A stretch of DNA of 64,000 nt. It comes from Kiritimatiellia bacterium. Lineage in GTDB: Bacteria > Verrucomicrobiota > Kiritimatiellia > JAAZAB01. The translations under genes were made by a program, and so were the position numbers. This document shows positions 38,986 through 50,500 of this stretch, in pieces (position 1 is the stretch's first letter; each line of letters begins with the position of its first letter). The notes beneath the pieces were generated by a model. It ran no database searches. It was given only the letters and a program-made list of their open reading frames with translations, and had not been told where the DNA came from. The stretch covers positions 1 through 64,000 of the forward strand of contig JAXGPF010000011.1 in the NCBI GenBank assembly GCA_040767085.1, read 5' to 3'.

Positions 38986-40545
38986 CCTCACCAGAATTTG
39001 TGGGTGATTACCGGTTCGGGCAATTGATTTTTGCGTATGATATAGCGCCATTTCCGCGCCATGAAAAGTTCTGAAGCCATAAGATCGTTTGGTAACCACT
39101 CGAGCTTTATTGTTCAAGCCCTCGGGCGCCAGTAAAAACCTCGTTTCTGGCTCTGATCCAGTTCAAAAGCAGGTCCTCGTGTTTAGCAATGGTTTTAGCC
39201 GCCTTAATGATTGGCGCAATGCGGCTACGACAGGCGCGCTTGACCCATGCCTGGAGATAATTACGCGCCCAGGTTGGGCTGTGATAGCTCCAAAAATGCT
39301 GAAAGCTTTCCTTGAACAAATAGGCGCGGCCGGTTTGCAGTCTTGTGCCCAATATCCGATCAAGCATTTCGCGAGCTTTCGCCGCGCATATAAACTTTGC
39401 GGCGCAGCTGAAGGACAAGCGCTTTTTTCGAGTTTTTGAATTGGCCGCCGGACGCGCTGTCATCGCCGCCATATCCCGGCGCCGGCAAACCTCGTCCACG
39501 GCGGCATTGGTTTGCACGACATGGAAGCGGTCAATCATGTGGCAACCGTGGCTGAGGTCGCAGCAATGACTATTCAGATAAGGTCGCCACATATCGCTAC
39601 ATATATGTCGAATGCCGGCCAGCACGGGTTTTCCCAAAGATTGCAACCCTTTACGCAGCGCTCGCCCGGCGGGTTTGGCCGACCCAGAGCAATCGGCGCC
39701 ATTGCGCATCAATCTGATAGATCATTGTCAGATAATGCTTGCTCTTTTTACCGTTGCCTACGTGGAGTTTATAAACACCAATCGCCGTTATATTGGCCGC
39801 GATATTATGCGCCAAGCCCCATTCCACCATCAACTCGACCGACCGATAAACCGCCTGCCAACTGACACATTTGAAAATCAGCGCCGTCTCTTTCCAGGAC
39901 ACCGACCTCCGCCGTTAAGTTCCCCAAAAAAAGCATCAGCGCCTTATATAAAAACCGTTTAACATCGCTCCCGTTAATAATTGCGCTTCCACCACCACGC
40001 CATGTTCGGGGCAATTTACCCGGCGCGGACTATAATGCAAAAAACACATTCAAAATGTGCACACACGCCCATATCCGTTCAGGCACCAGGTCGTTCTCCG
40101 CGTTATGTCGCCAGCGGTGCCCGCAACGCGTTGGCAGCATGCCGCGCGTTGGCCGGTCCGGGCATCGAATCCCCATCCGTGGCCACTTTCCATTGGCCGC
40201 GACCATCAAAAACCATACAAGATTACCTGATACCGAATTTTTTAAAACGTTTCAAATTTCTGCCATTGCTTGAAAAACGATTCGCTTTGCATCAAAATTG
40301 TTTTAAGTTTCACAGAACATTTTGGTATTACATTTTTTGTTCCATTTTATTTAATCAATGGATTCAATGCAATCCATTTTTTTGCCGCCCTTATCTCCGT
40401 TCCGCCATTTCAAAATGGCGGTTTGAATCCGGCATGGTCTGCGCGGACGCCAAACGCCCAAAGCGGCCTTTAATAACGGTCGCACCATCCCGTGCCCATT
40501 GCATAAACTTCTTATATTGTATATAGTTTTTTCCCACAAATTCGA
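38986..40545 (-). mobile_element. ISL3-family insertion sequence, heavily frameshifted or mosaic
   Basis: Transposase pieces SWKETA..SWQAVYRSV, ICSDMWRPYL, DRFHVV, RAYLFKESFQHFW, NNKARVVTKRSYGFRTF. Terminal IR core GAATTTGTGGG (38994-39004) / CCCACAAATTC (40533-40543). Confidence 0.85.
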
Positions 40546-43500
40546 TGGAATATTCAATTTGTTTTACGCCCGAATCCTTGTCCGCGGCCTTGATCTCGAA
40601 CACCGTGTTGCGCGTACCGATGTTCTCGTGGCCGCGCTGCTCAAGCGGCGGGTTGGATATCAATTTCATCACCGGCGGTTCGCGGTCATTCTTAACCGCC
40701 GCGCCGGAAGGGCGCGCGGCGCCTTCCCGGACATAGCTGTCGTCTGCCTTTAAGGTAATCCTGGCGATCGCAAACCATTGATTGACGCTTGCCGAGCTTT
40801 CCAGATTCCGGAACTCAAGGGTGTTGGGGCCGGCCACGAGCAACTCTTTGGCAAACGGGATCTTCCAGAAGGACCAGCCCATCTTGACGAATTGATTGGT
40901 CCCCTTAAAAATTGAGTGGCCATTCAGGCATAGTTCCACGTGGGTTATCCCCGGCTTGTCAAAATCCTGCCCCTCCAAGGCAAGCACCAGTTGTTGCTCG
41001 AAAGTTTCGGGAACCTGGGAAGCCTTCAATACAAAGGCGGCCCGCGCCCGTTGTCCGGCGGAGATTGAAAGCGCATTCTTGGGCGCGATGCCGAAAATCT
41101 TGTAATTCGGCACAAAATCACCGCCGTCAAAGTTCTGGAGTTTAATGCCGGCCGTGTTATGCGCGATCAGCGGCCCGGCGTCTTCCAGGAAGCCCCGCAA
41201 CGTCCGGGTGCTGATCTCTCCGGCAGGATTGAATTGGGGGCCGGAAACATATTCCAGGATGGAATCGAAAAGGGTCGCACACACGGGATTTTCCATATCC
41301 ATGGCGCAGGTGGTCACAAAAAGACGCCCTTTGCCGGCCATCAGCTCGAAAATGGAGGCCTGGTCTGCTTGCCGGCGAAGATGAATAATTTCAAGGATGG
41401 GGTTAAAAGGCACATCCTTCATCAATTTCTGATTTGGATTGAAAACAAGTTTGGAAGCATAGGCATCGCTGGTTCGATCATTCCGGAAAATCACGGGCGC
41501 AGCGCCGTTCAACAGCGGATAAAATTGCCAGTCGCCCCAGCCGTCATTCGGTATGTCCTTGAAAACGGGATGCTTATACACGATAGTGCCATGGTTATGA
41601 TGATTTCTATGCCCCTGCTCAAATTTCGCCCACTGGGTGTAAAGCGGCAGCGGCTTACCGCCCACCAGCACAACGTCGCCGCCTTCCTCCAAATGCCGGA
41701 TGGCCAGATCATCAAGCAGGTCCACGATCCACAACTTCGTCCCGGCCGTCTCATCCTTCAGATAGCGCATTGCCGGACACTTGCTTTTTAACAATGAATG
41801 CATATTGTGCGAGCAGGCCGCCTCAACGTTCGGCGCCGGCCGCTTTTTGAACACCCAGAAGTCCCAGTCATTCCGAATCGTCCGGCCGCTCCCGGACAGC
41901 GTCAGGGCAAGATTGAGCTTGCTGTTTCGGGCAACAGCCGGCCAGTTGAACTTGATGGGGGCGAGGTGTGTCACCTTGCCGGGCGGCATATCGCCGGCTT
42001 GCGCGGCGCCATGGAGAAGAATTTTATCGCCATCTTTAAGTTCCCAGACGAATTTTCCCTGCGCAAGGCTCTCGGCCCCGTAAAGCGACGCCATGGTCAG
42101 CGCTTCAAACGGCTCGCCTTCCCACCAGCAATATTTCAGGCCCATGCCGGCGTCCCAATCCAGCAGCAGCACGTCGTCATTATTAAACCGGCGGAATCCT
42201 TCCGCGGTGAAGCCGGGCGAATCTTCCGCTAAAAAAAGCGTCAGCCCGCCATGCCCGCATATATCCTGGTATCCGGAAAGATTGCCGCACTTGCGCATCT
42301 TTTCGCCCACATATTTAAATAGAATGGCGCTCAGCCGGGACATATTCTCGTAACACAAGCGGGACCGCTCATCCGGGGAGTAATCGGCAACCTGCTTATC
42401 GATCTCCGATTTTTGCGCCGGCCACCTGCCCCACCGGTAAATCATGTTTTCGACGCCTTTTTTACCGTATCGTAAAGTGGTGGTTTTCCCATCCTTGGGA
42501 AACGCATAGCGCGGCCGATTGCTCTGCATAACTTCATGGGCAATCAGCGGGCGTTTATAAACCGTAAACCATTCATTGATCTCCCGCCAGTTTCCCGCCA
42601 GCGGATAGTAACTGAAACAGCCGAGGGGATTATATTGTCCGAAGATATCGGAAAATTCCGTAATCTTCATTAAGCGCTGCGCATGGTGAGGAAATGGCTG
42701 GGGGGTCAGGGAGCGTTTGTCTTCCGGGGAAAACGAATATTCAATGCCGCGCATGGCCTGGTTGGGCATCAGCAAGGATTCCGGGTTGAGCGCCTTGATG
42801 GCATGATTGCACCTGGCCACATCATCAATGAAACCGTCATAATAATTCATCTCTCCGCCGAGAACGTAGATTGACATGCTGGGATAGCGGCGCGTCCAGC
42901 GGGCAATATCCGCCCATAAAAAAGGCGCCTGCAGCGAGCCATTGCTTACGTTCAGCGCCTTGCCCAGGTATCCGTTATCCTTCGCATCCAGCATATACCC
43001 GCTCTGGACAACAATCCCTGCCTCGTCGGCCGCCGCCAGGGCCTCCGGGGACGCAATGCTCAGCCAATCCACGCCGTTATAGCCGCGGTCTTTGATCAGC
43101 CGAAAATATTTGAGCCAATAATCCTTGTCCTGGGGATAGCGCCAGTGGGCCGCGTGTTCGGGGTTGGCGTAGATTTGTCTCAAGAAAATCGGCTGGCCGT
43201 TGAGCTTTAGGGTTCTTTCCTCGGTGCTCCAGCGCCTTAATCCGAATCTCCGCTTCAAGGTGTCGATCACCTTGCCCTGCTCTTCCCAGGACAGCTCGGC
43301 AATATAAAGAACGGGATGATCCGGATGCCAGGGCTTGATTCCGGGATGTTCCGAGCGCCAGCTTACCGTTTGCAGATTGCTGAAAGCACCCGCCGCCGCT
43401 ACCCCCCGACCAACCACCTGCTCCGTTTTCCATTCCTTGATCACCCATTTCAGCGACGAATTATTGATCATCTGTTCGTTGAACGGCGCTTTTAAATCCG

Positions 43501-44125
43501 CCTCCCAGAGAATTTCGTTTAAATCAAGCCCGGGCCTGAGATAGAGGTCATCAATCCGTCCCGGGCCATTTGAGACTTTCAGGGAGACTGCAGACACAAT
43601 GCCGCCCAGCATTGAAAACTTGTATGTCAGCGGTGTCTTGTTATCCACCGCGATAATAATCTCGTTGCGGGCTCCCGGCATCAGGATTGCGGACAAGTCG
43701 ACGGCGAGCGGATTAAAAGCAATGTAGGGGTAAAAAACAATGTGCCGGCCGTTAACCCAGACATTGATTCGATCGTAGGCCCGGCCGATACTGAGCTGAA
43801 TCGATTTGCCGGCCCAGTCCGCGGGAACATCAACGGACCTCCGGTAAAAAGCCGTGCCGCGCATCCCGACAAAGTTTGCGTCCTGCCATTCCGGCTTGGC
43901 CCACTTGGCCCTGGAAAAGCGGTCGGTCTGAAAATTCATATAGTCCGGCACGCGTAATTGCACATCGAAGGCCGCCGCATCGGGCAATTCCGGCGTATCG
44001 TTGGTTAGGCCGGCATTGAACGCAAAATCCCAATCGCCGTCCAACGACACTGCTTGATATGCCGCGCGGGCGGAAACCAGACAGAACATCATCAGACCCG
44101 CTGTAATTAAAGTGTTTTTCAACAT
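40391..44125 (-). CDS. Secreted GH2-like glycoside hydrolase (true 3' end displaced by ISL3)
   Basis: Signal peptide; SLDGDWDF, VWVNG, NEIIIAVDN, WHPDHPVLY, RFGLRRW..LKLNGQPIFLR, ADEAGIVV, YPSM...GGE, PLIAHE. Confidence 0.8.
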   Translation of the reverse strand: MLKNTLITAGLMMFCLVSARAAYQAVSLDGDWDFAFNAGLTNDTPELPDAAAFDVQLRVPDYMNFQTDRFSRAKWAKPEWQDANFVGMRGTAFYRRSVDVPADWAGKSIQLSIGRAYDRINVWVNGRHIVFYPYIAFNPLAVDLSAILMPGARNEIIIAVDNKTPLTYKFSMLGGIVSAVSLKVSNGPGRIDDLYLRPGLDLNEILWEADLKAPFNEQMINNSSLKWVIKEWKTEQVVGRGVAAAGAFSNLQTVSWRSEHPGIKPWHPDHPVLYIAELSWEEQGKVIDTLKRRFGLRRWSTEERTLKLNGQPIFLRQIYANPEHAAHWRYPQDKDYWLKYFRLIKDRGYNGVDWLSIASPEALAAADEAGIVVQSGYMLDAKDNGYLGKALNVSNGSLQAPFLWADIARWTRRYPSMSIYVLGGEMNYYDGFIDDVARCNHAIKALNPESLLMPNQAMRGIEYSFSPEDKRSLTPQPFPHHAQRLMKITEFSDIFGQYNPLGCFSYYPLAGNWREINEWFTVYKRPLIAHEVMQSNRPRYAFPKDGKTTTLRYGKKGVENMIYRWGRWPAQKSEIDKQVADYSPDERSRLCYENMSRLSAILFKYVGEKMRKCGNLSGYQDICGHGGLTLFLAEDSPGFTAEGFRRFNNDDVLLLDWDAGMGLKYCWWEGEPFEALTMASLYGAESLAQGKFVWELKDGDKILLHGAAQAGDMPPGKVTHLAPIKFNWPAVARNSKLNLALTLSGSGRTIRNDWDFWVFKKRPAPNVEAACSHNMHSLLKSKCPAMRYLKDETAGTKLWIVDLLDDLAIRHLEEGGDVVLVGGKPLPLYTQWAKFEQGHRNHHNHGTIVYKHPVFKDIPNDGWGDWQFYPLLNGAAPVIFRNDRTSDAYASKLVFNPNQKLMKDVPFNPILEIIHLRRQADQASIFELMAGKGRLFVTTCAMDMENPVCATLFDSILEYVSGPQFNPAGEISTRTLRGFLEDAGPLIAHNTAGIKLQNFDGGDFVPNYKIFGIAPKNALSISAGQRARAAFVLKASQVPETFEQQLVLALEGQDFDKPGITHVELCLNGHSIFKGTNQFVKMGWSFWKIPFAKELLVAGPNTLEFRNLESSASVNQWFAIARITLKADDSYVREGAARPSGAAVKNDREPPVMKLISNPPLEQRGHENIGTRNTVFEIKAADKDSGVKQIEYSIEFVGKNYIQYKKFMQWARDGATVIKGRFGRLASAQTMPDSNRHFEMAERR

Positions 44126-44190
44126 TCTCCGCTCCCTTTTATGCCGTGGTTATAGACTTTTGCAAAACATGCCGCGCCCGATTTGCGGCC

Positions 44191-45411
44191 TTAATCGTGC
44201 CAGTGTATTCGCGCCAGTAGCAGATTCCCTATGTATTGGATGTAGTTGATCGTCTTGGTTTCAACATAGAATCTTTTGCCTTGCACCGAGTGCTGGAACC
44301 TTCCTTCCAGCCACTCGCCGACGGCAATCCAGGATTCATTTGCCGCCACATCGGTGACGCAGAAGTTGCCCATGCGGGCGCCCTTCTCGGGGAAAACGAT
44401 CCTTTCCGTGCCGCGGCGCACCCGCAGTTGATCCGGATCAACCTCCGCCATAAACAACGGCGCCCGGCTGCGGAAAACACCGTTGTTCAGCTCGCTTTTG
44501 CGATTATAAATCAGGTAGAGCCTGTCATGGTGTTTCAACCAGTGCTGCTGGGTGTTGTAGTTGCCCAAATCGCGGCCATCGTCAAATTTCCAGGTCTCCA
44601 AATCCTTGAAATGAAGCCCGTCTTTGCTGGTTGTCACATAACTTCTAAGCTTGTGGCGGATCGTCATAAAAAACCGGCCTTGAAAGCATATCATGGATGG
44701 CTCGTGAAGGCCGCGATCTTCTTCAAACCCATGCATGCTGCCGTGCTCGATATACTGCAATTCCGAGCCATCAAAGCCGCAGCGCATAACGGTCACCTTG
44801 GAATATCGGCGGTTGTCAAGCTCGTCGCAAATGGCAGGAATCAAGATCGTCCCGTCATCGCATTCATGTATTTGATTGCACCCCTGCGGCCAGATGTTTA
44901 CGCCGCTGAGTTGTGCCGGGAATGCAACTTTTGTCCATGGTTGAAAATCTTTCTGCCGGGCATTCCAGACAGCGTAGGCCATGACCCTTTTGAGATTGGG
45001 CGCGGTAATATATTGTTCGGATTTAAACCCGGTCTCACCGCCTCTGTCCCTGAGAAATATCGTCAGACCGATCCCCAGCAACGTTCCGCTATGCCGGTGA
45101 TAAAAAAGCCCCAGTCCGCCACCGGCGCCGCCAAAGGACTCAAACACATCGTCCGCCATGGGGATTTTGAACAGATTCTGGCTTTCCATTGGCGGCGTCC
45201 AGGTCCGGCCCAGGTCGCTCGTCAGCAGAAAATGGCATGGCCCTATATCATTGCCGGTTAATTGCGTGACGGACAACACGATTTCAGGATGTTTGCCCGC
45301 GTTCCCGGACGGAATAACTCCCACCGTCGGCGCAAACCAAGCCTGGTTATTCCGGCGGCCATGCAGGACAATCTCGTTTTCGATTCCGGCAATATTATCC
45401 ATAATTTCCAT
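44191..45411 (-). CDS. Sialidase-like (BNR/Asp-box beta-propeller) protein
   Basis: TSDLGRTW, TSKDGLHF, RGLHEPS, LGNYNTQQHW, RSRAPL, MGNF; no signal peptide. Confidence 0.75.
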   Translation of the reverse strand: MEIMDNIAGIENEIVLHGRRNNQAWFAPTVGVIPSGNAGKHPEIVLSVTQLTGNDIGPCHFLLTSDLGRTWTPPMESQNLFKIPMADDVFESFGGAGGGLGLFYHRHSGTLLGIGLTIFLRDRGGETGFKSEQYITAPNLKRVMAYAVWNARQKDFQPWTKVAFPAQLSGVNIWPQGCNQIHECDDGTILIPAICDELDNRRYSKVTVMRCGFDGSELQYIEHGSMHGFEEDRGLHEPSMICFQGRFFMTIRHKLRSYVTTSKDGLHFKDLETWKFDDGRDLGNYNTQQHWLKHHDRLYLIYNRKSELNNGVFRSRAPLFMAEVDPDQLRVRRGTERIVFPEKGARMGNFCVTDVAANESWIAVGEWLEGRFQHSVQGKRFYVETKTINYIQYIGNLLLARIHWHD

Positions 45412-45414
45412 GCA

Positions 45415-47508
45415 TTATTGAAGAATATTACTGTTGGTTAACGGCCTTGGCGTCACAAGCGTTGCTTGAATTTCACGGACGGTGTTGCGCGTCGCCATGA
45501 TCGCATCGTTAACCCGTGGATGCCATGGCTCCGGTCCCAGGTGGGCGCGCCAGTCCATGATGGCCGCGGCGTTTTCTTCAGCCGCTTCGTTGAGGGCCTG
45601 CAACCCCGCGACCACCCCGGGTTGTTCACCGCGCCGGTTCGACAAGGCAATTCGATAAACGCTTCGCGCCAGTTTGGCGTACGACATGACCACGCGGGTT
45701 TCCAGCGCATAGCGGGGGTCTTTCAGAGTCCCGGCGATTTTCAGAGCCCTTTCGCAAGCGCGTATTTTGTCGTCGAATGCCGCCGGAGACGCATAGTATC
45801 GGAACATGCCTTCGCCCAGTTCGGGATACAATTTATTCCGGATCATTTCGACGGCCTTGCTGCGGGTGTAACATTCAGGCAGGTCGGAGTCGTAAACGTC
45901 GAACTCGACAGGCCCCATGCAGGCTGCCCATTCGGCGAAGGCATCCGGGTCAAGCCCCGCGCGCGTCGCCCAAGCGAGCGCAAATTCGCGCGGCGAGCGG
46001 CCTTTGACATTCCAGCTCCATTCCGCCAGGGCCGCAATATTGTATCCGCAGATTTCCAGGTCAAAGTTCCGCCAGGCCATCATGCCATACACCGCCTTGT
46101 AACCGCGGTGATAAAGCTGTTCGACAAAATCCCGGACGCGCTCCGCCGAGCATTCGGGCAACTTGAATTCCGGAGTTTCCACCGCGCCGTTCACGTTGAT
46201 CGGCGCATCATAGGACGCCATCCATACCCCGGCGCTTGCATAGCCGTCGAACAGGGCATTGCGGAACAAATCCCGCGGCGAGTGTCGCACGCGCCCCATT
46301 TCCGCGGCGCAGGCCCGCTCAACACGGACTTCCTGCGGTAGGGTGGCCAACAGCCTGTAATATCCCACGCTATCGGTAGTGGTGGAAATAAACAGGCGGA
46401 TTTTTAAATTCGGATACTGCCGGCGCGCATTTTCCCAGGCCTGAACGCATGCCGCGGCTTCGAGCACGAACTGCCCGCTTGCCAGGCAATTGTCGCACTG
46501 ACACTGGGCGGGGCGCTCGCTCAGCCAGCAACTGATTTCGTTGGCGCCTTGCCGGGCTAAATCCGCCATCCAGTCTGCAATAATTTTCGCCAAGAGAGGA
46601 TTGGAGGCGCAGGGAACCGGATGGGAGTATCGCCCCTTGCCGTGGGCAAAATAACTGCCGGCGTCGGCTTCTTTACCTTGCCCTTTCAATTCGGGATACG
46701 CGTCAAATAAACCATAGCGATGCAGGAAATTCAGATGCTCTATTTTAGGAATGATGTTGAACGCCCGGCTTCGCGCGCGCTCAAGCAATGCCCCATCAAT
46801 TTGACAAGACGCGGACTGCCCCCGGATAATGGGCGATACTTTTGAACTCGTGTTCGCAAAATTCAACTTGATGTCGGCCCACCTTTCGAAATGCCGGGCG
46901 CTTTGGCCATTCCATATTCCGCGCTCCTCGAAATCAGGCCAGTCAAGAATATCCGCCAGCGGGATAACTATTGCTTCCGGCGTCGCGGCAGTCCCCAGAA
47001 GTTGCCGCAGCGTCCGGACGGCGTAAAAGATTCCACGGTCGTCGACGGCGGTAACGTCCAGCGCCTGCCGCCCATCCGCCGCGATCCGGTACGCCTGGGC
47101 GGCGTTGGGAAGTTTTTTCAATTCCGGGTCAGTCGGTACAAGTAGGAATCGGAAAACAAATTCCGTGCCACTGATATCCGCCCCGGTTTTCGCCTTCAGC
47201 ATATCTTTGAATTCCTGCACCGCGGTGTTGCCGGCGGCACCCAGACTGCCTGCGACGGCCATGCCGACGGACGCTGGCCGCAACGTGATCGTTTCGCCAA
47301 TTGCAAGCCGTTGGGGCATGGGCAGCAGCAGTCGGGCAAAGAGCATTTCGTCGCAGGGCGTCATTTTTGTTATTTCCATTCCGGCGTGCGTGTTTGATAA
47401 CGCGATGATGACGCCCGCCATAAGGCTGGCTACAGTTTTATTCATACTAGCGATCCCTTTCATCCATGCTGCTTTGTTTGCGGTTTCCTTGACCGGCTCC
47501 GGATTCAT
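45415..47508 (-). CDS. Protein with GH20/GH84-type N-terminal zincin-like domain plus putative TIM barrel (start may be 47445)
   Basis: LLPMPQ...AQAYRI...DDRGIFYAVRTLRQL...ILDWPDFEERG; signal-like segment MNKTVASLMAGVIIALSNTHA. Confidence 0.7.
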   Translation of the reverse strand: MNPEPVKETANKAAWMKGIASMNKTVASLMAGVIIALSNTHAGMEITKMTPCDEMLFARLLLPMPQRLAIGETITLRPASVGMAVAGSLGAAGNTAVQEFKDMLKAKTGADISGTEFVFRFLLVPTDPELKKLPNAAQAYRIAADGRQALDVTAVDDRGIFYAVRTLRQLLGTAATPEAIVIPLADILDWPDFEERGIWNGQSARHFERWADIKLNFANTSSKVSPIIRGQSASCQIDGALLERARSRAFNIIPKIEHLNFLHRYGLFDAYPELKGQGKEADAGSYFAHGKGRYSHPVPCASNPLLAKIIADWMADLARQGANEISCWLSERPAQCQCDNCLASGQFVLEAAACVQAWENARRQYPNLKIRLFISTTTDSVGYYRLLATLPQEVRVERACAAEMGRVRHSPRDLFRNALFDGYASAGVWMASYDAPINVNGAVETPEFKLPECSAERVRDFVEQLYHRGYKAVYGMMAWRNFDLEICGYNIAALAEWSWNVKGRSPREFALAWATRAGLDPDAFAEWAACMGPVEFDVYDSDLPECYTRSKAVEMIRNKLYPELGEGMFRYYASPAAFDDKIRACERALKIAGTLKDPRYALETRVVMSYAKLARSVYRIALSNRRGEQPGVVAGLQALNEAAEENAAAIMDWRAHLGPEPWHPRVNDAIMATRNTVREIQATLVTPRPLTNSNILQ

Positions 47509-50500
47509 TCAATGGACCTGGATTTGGATGCAATCCGTAGCGCCCCCGCCCTCCAGGCCGCTGGTAAACGTAACGGTCTGATTCCCCGCATTATCCGTCA
47601 CCCGCGCCCGGATGGAATGCCGTCCGGCCGGCAAGGAAAACGGACCCGCATACGGCTTGTATTCACTGGAGTTAATGGCGATCTCCACCTGTTTCACGCC
47701 CGACAGGCTGTCCTTGCTTTCCAGCGTAAATTCCGTTTTCGGCGAGGCAAAATATTCGCCGGCAATCTGTTCCACCGGAGGGCGGGAGAGCAGACTTAAG
47801 CTTGGCGGCGTCAGATCCAAGCCAACTTCCCGCATCTCCGCTTCGGCATCCGCCCGACTCTGTTTGACGGTAATGCGTTGAAGGCCGGCCTGGTCAATGG
47901 AAACTTTATCCGTTTCCTTCCACTCGCCATCATTAATCCGGCACCATCGCTTTGCTTGCCATGCCAGCGCAAACGGCTTGTTATGCCATTCCACGGGGAC
48001 GGAAGGTTTAACTGCCGTTTGCGCCGGCGCACCGGCCCCCTTGCCGGAAATAATGGCTTCCGCCAGCATGAACCAGCTCTCGCTGTTGGCCGGGTCCTCC
48101 GTATTGCGGAAAACCAGGACGTTCTGCCCCGCACGGATAATCTCCCGGCGGACCGGCAGCTTCCAGATGGACCAGCCTTTTTTAACGCAACGGTTTGTGC
48201 CGGCATACACTAACTGGCCGTTCAAAAGAATTTGCAGGCCGGTCGGGCCGGGCTTGTCGCAGTCTTGTCCATCAATCGCCAGAGTTAAATGGCCGCCGCT
48301 GGCTGTTGGAATCTGAGCGTCCTGCAGGTCAAAGACCGCCTTCATTTCGTCGCCGGGATTAACGGCAATCCCATCCCTGGGCTTGATATTAAAGTTTGAA
48401 TATTTTTTCCACAATGTGCCGCCAGTGAAGACCTGCGTCGAAAACCGCAGCGCATTTTTCTCGACCGTCGGCCATGTTCCCGGCAACAGCCGGCGCAACA
48501 CATCCGGGGAGACGGATTTCTCCGGATTAAATTTTTCACCCGCCATATAGTTAACCAGCGCGGCGAACAGCACGGCGCAAACCGGTTTGTCAGGATCGGC
48601 CACGCAGGTTGAAACCAGAAGGCGGCCTTTTCCGGCCTTGAGTTCAAAGATACAGGCTTGATCCCTTGACCCGAGTCTGTCAAGCACTTCCAGGATCGGC
48701 GCAAAAGGAATCTCCGCCATGATAGGCAGGCGGGGGTCGGCATCCGGTTGTTTACCCCAATCCTTCTGCCACCGGGCGGCAAAGATAACCGGCGCCGCGC
48801 CTTGCAACAGCGGATAGAACTGCCAATCGCCCCAGCCCGCATGCGGGATATGGGACCAGATCGGATGCGCATGCACAATCGTGGCGTGATTATGCCAGTT
48901 GCGATGCCCCTGCTGGAACGTGGTCCATTGAGTATACAAGGGAAAAGGGCGGCCTCCCGTCAAAAGCACATCGCCGCCCTGTTCCAAGTGGGCAATCGCC
49001 TCCTCATTCAGTAAATCCACGACCCAGAGACGGTCGGCACGGTTGGTGTCGGTCTGCGTCCAGAGCGGAAACTCGCGCGCCCAAGTTCTTCCCAAAGCCG
49101 GCGAGCATTTCGCTTTTACACCAGAAGCCACCAGGCGCCGGAATACCCAAAAATCCCAATCATTGGTCTGCGCCGCCGGGCGGTCATATGCCCGAAACGA
49201 TACCGCCAGATTTAGCCGCTTGTTTTCCGGCAGTTCCGGCCAGTTAAACACGATCTCCACCAGCGAGGTTACACTGCCGGCCGCAATCGCAACGGCCTGG
49301 GTAGAACCTTGTTTAAGCGTTTGCGAGCCGTCTTTTAACACCCAGCTCAGATTGCCGGACGGCGCCGGCGCGCCGTCGTATAATGAAACCATCACCCGCC
49401 CATTGAATTCATCGCCCATCCAATAGCAGCGGTTACGGCAATTACCGCCGTCAAAATCAAGCAGCACCACGTTGTCGTCGTTATACCTGAGCATCGAACC
49501 GGCTGCATAGCCCGGGCTGTCATCCAGAAACAAGTTTAAGCCCGCCTGCCCGCTGATATCCTGAAAGCCGGCTAGATTCCCGCATTTCCTGATCTTCTCA
49601 AACACATACTTACACATAATGGCGTTAAGCCGGCTGATGTTTTCATACGCAACCGCGGTTTTGGGATGATTATTAGCGATACTGTCAAGGACCGCTTTTT
49701 TTGAGCGGGGATATCCATACGTCCTGCACAAGTACTCGATGCCCTGTGGTCCGTACCGTAAACTGTTGAATTGGTCGCCCCACAAAAAAGGGGTCGAGCG
49801 CCCGCACATCAAAATTTCATGCGCAATCAAGGGCCGCTGATAAATCGTCAGCCAGGAATCCACCGTATGCCATGGCACGTCAAGTTTTACATAGCTGAAA
49901 TTCTTTTTGACCGTTCCGAAAATATCAGATACGACTGTGATTTGGCGCAGACGTTCGGCATGATACGGAAACGGCTTCTCGGTTAATTTTTCCTTTTTAT
50001 CCTCCGCGCTGAAACTGTATTCGATGCCGCGCATCGCCTGGTTCGGCAACAAAAGTGCTTCGGGATGCAGGGCGCGCATTAGCTGGTAAATCTTGGCACA
50101 GTCATCAATAAATCCATCGTAATACTTTATTTCGCCGCCTATGTAATAAATGCACATGCTAGGATAGGCCCGCGTCCAGCGGATGACATCCTCCCAAAGG
50201 TCGGGCATTTGGGCAATTTTTCTGCCGGTGGTCTGCTCCACCGTAACATGCTCCGTCGCGGCGCATTGGACCACAATGCCGGCCTCATCGGCCGCAGCCA
50301 GCCATTCGCCGGACATGGCCACATTGTAGGCATCAAATGAGTTATAGCCCCGGTCCTTGATGAGGCGGAAAAACCGCAGCCACCAGGCCTTGTCCTGGGG
50401 ATGGCGGGCATGGGTTATATCCGTGGTCCCGTAATATTGCCGCAGATAAATGGGCTGGCCGTTCAATTTCAGCGTGCGCCCCTCCGAACTCCAGCGCCGC

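Noticed and set aside
40391-40541. Annotated C-terminus of the 1244-aa protein (EFVGKNY...EMAERR)
   Set aside because: Derived from the IS/mosaic sequence; the real tail appears at 38776-38985.
39780-40560. Diversity-generating retroelement template/variable repeat pair
   Set aside because: Differences are indel-rich rather than adenine-specific, and there is no reverse transcriptase in the window.
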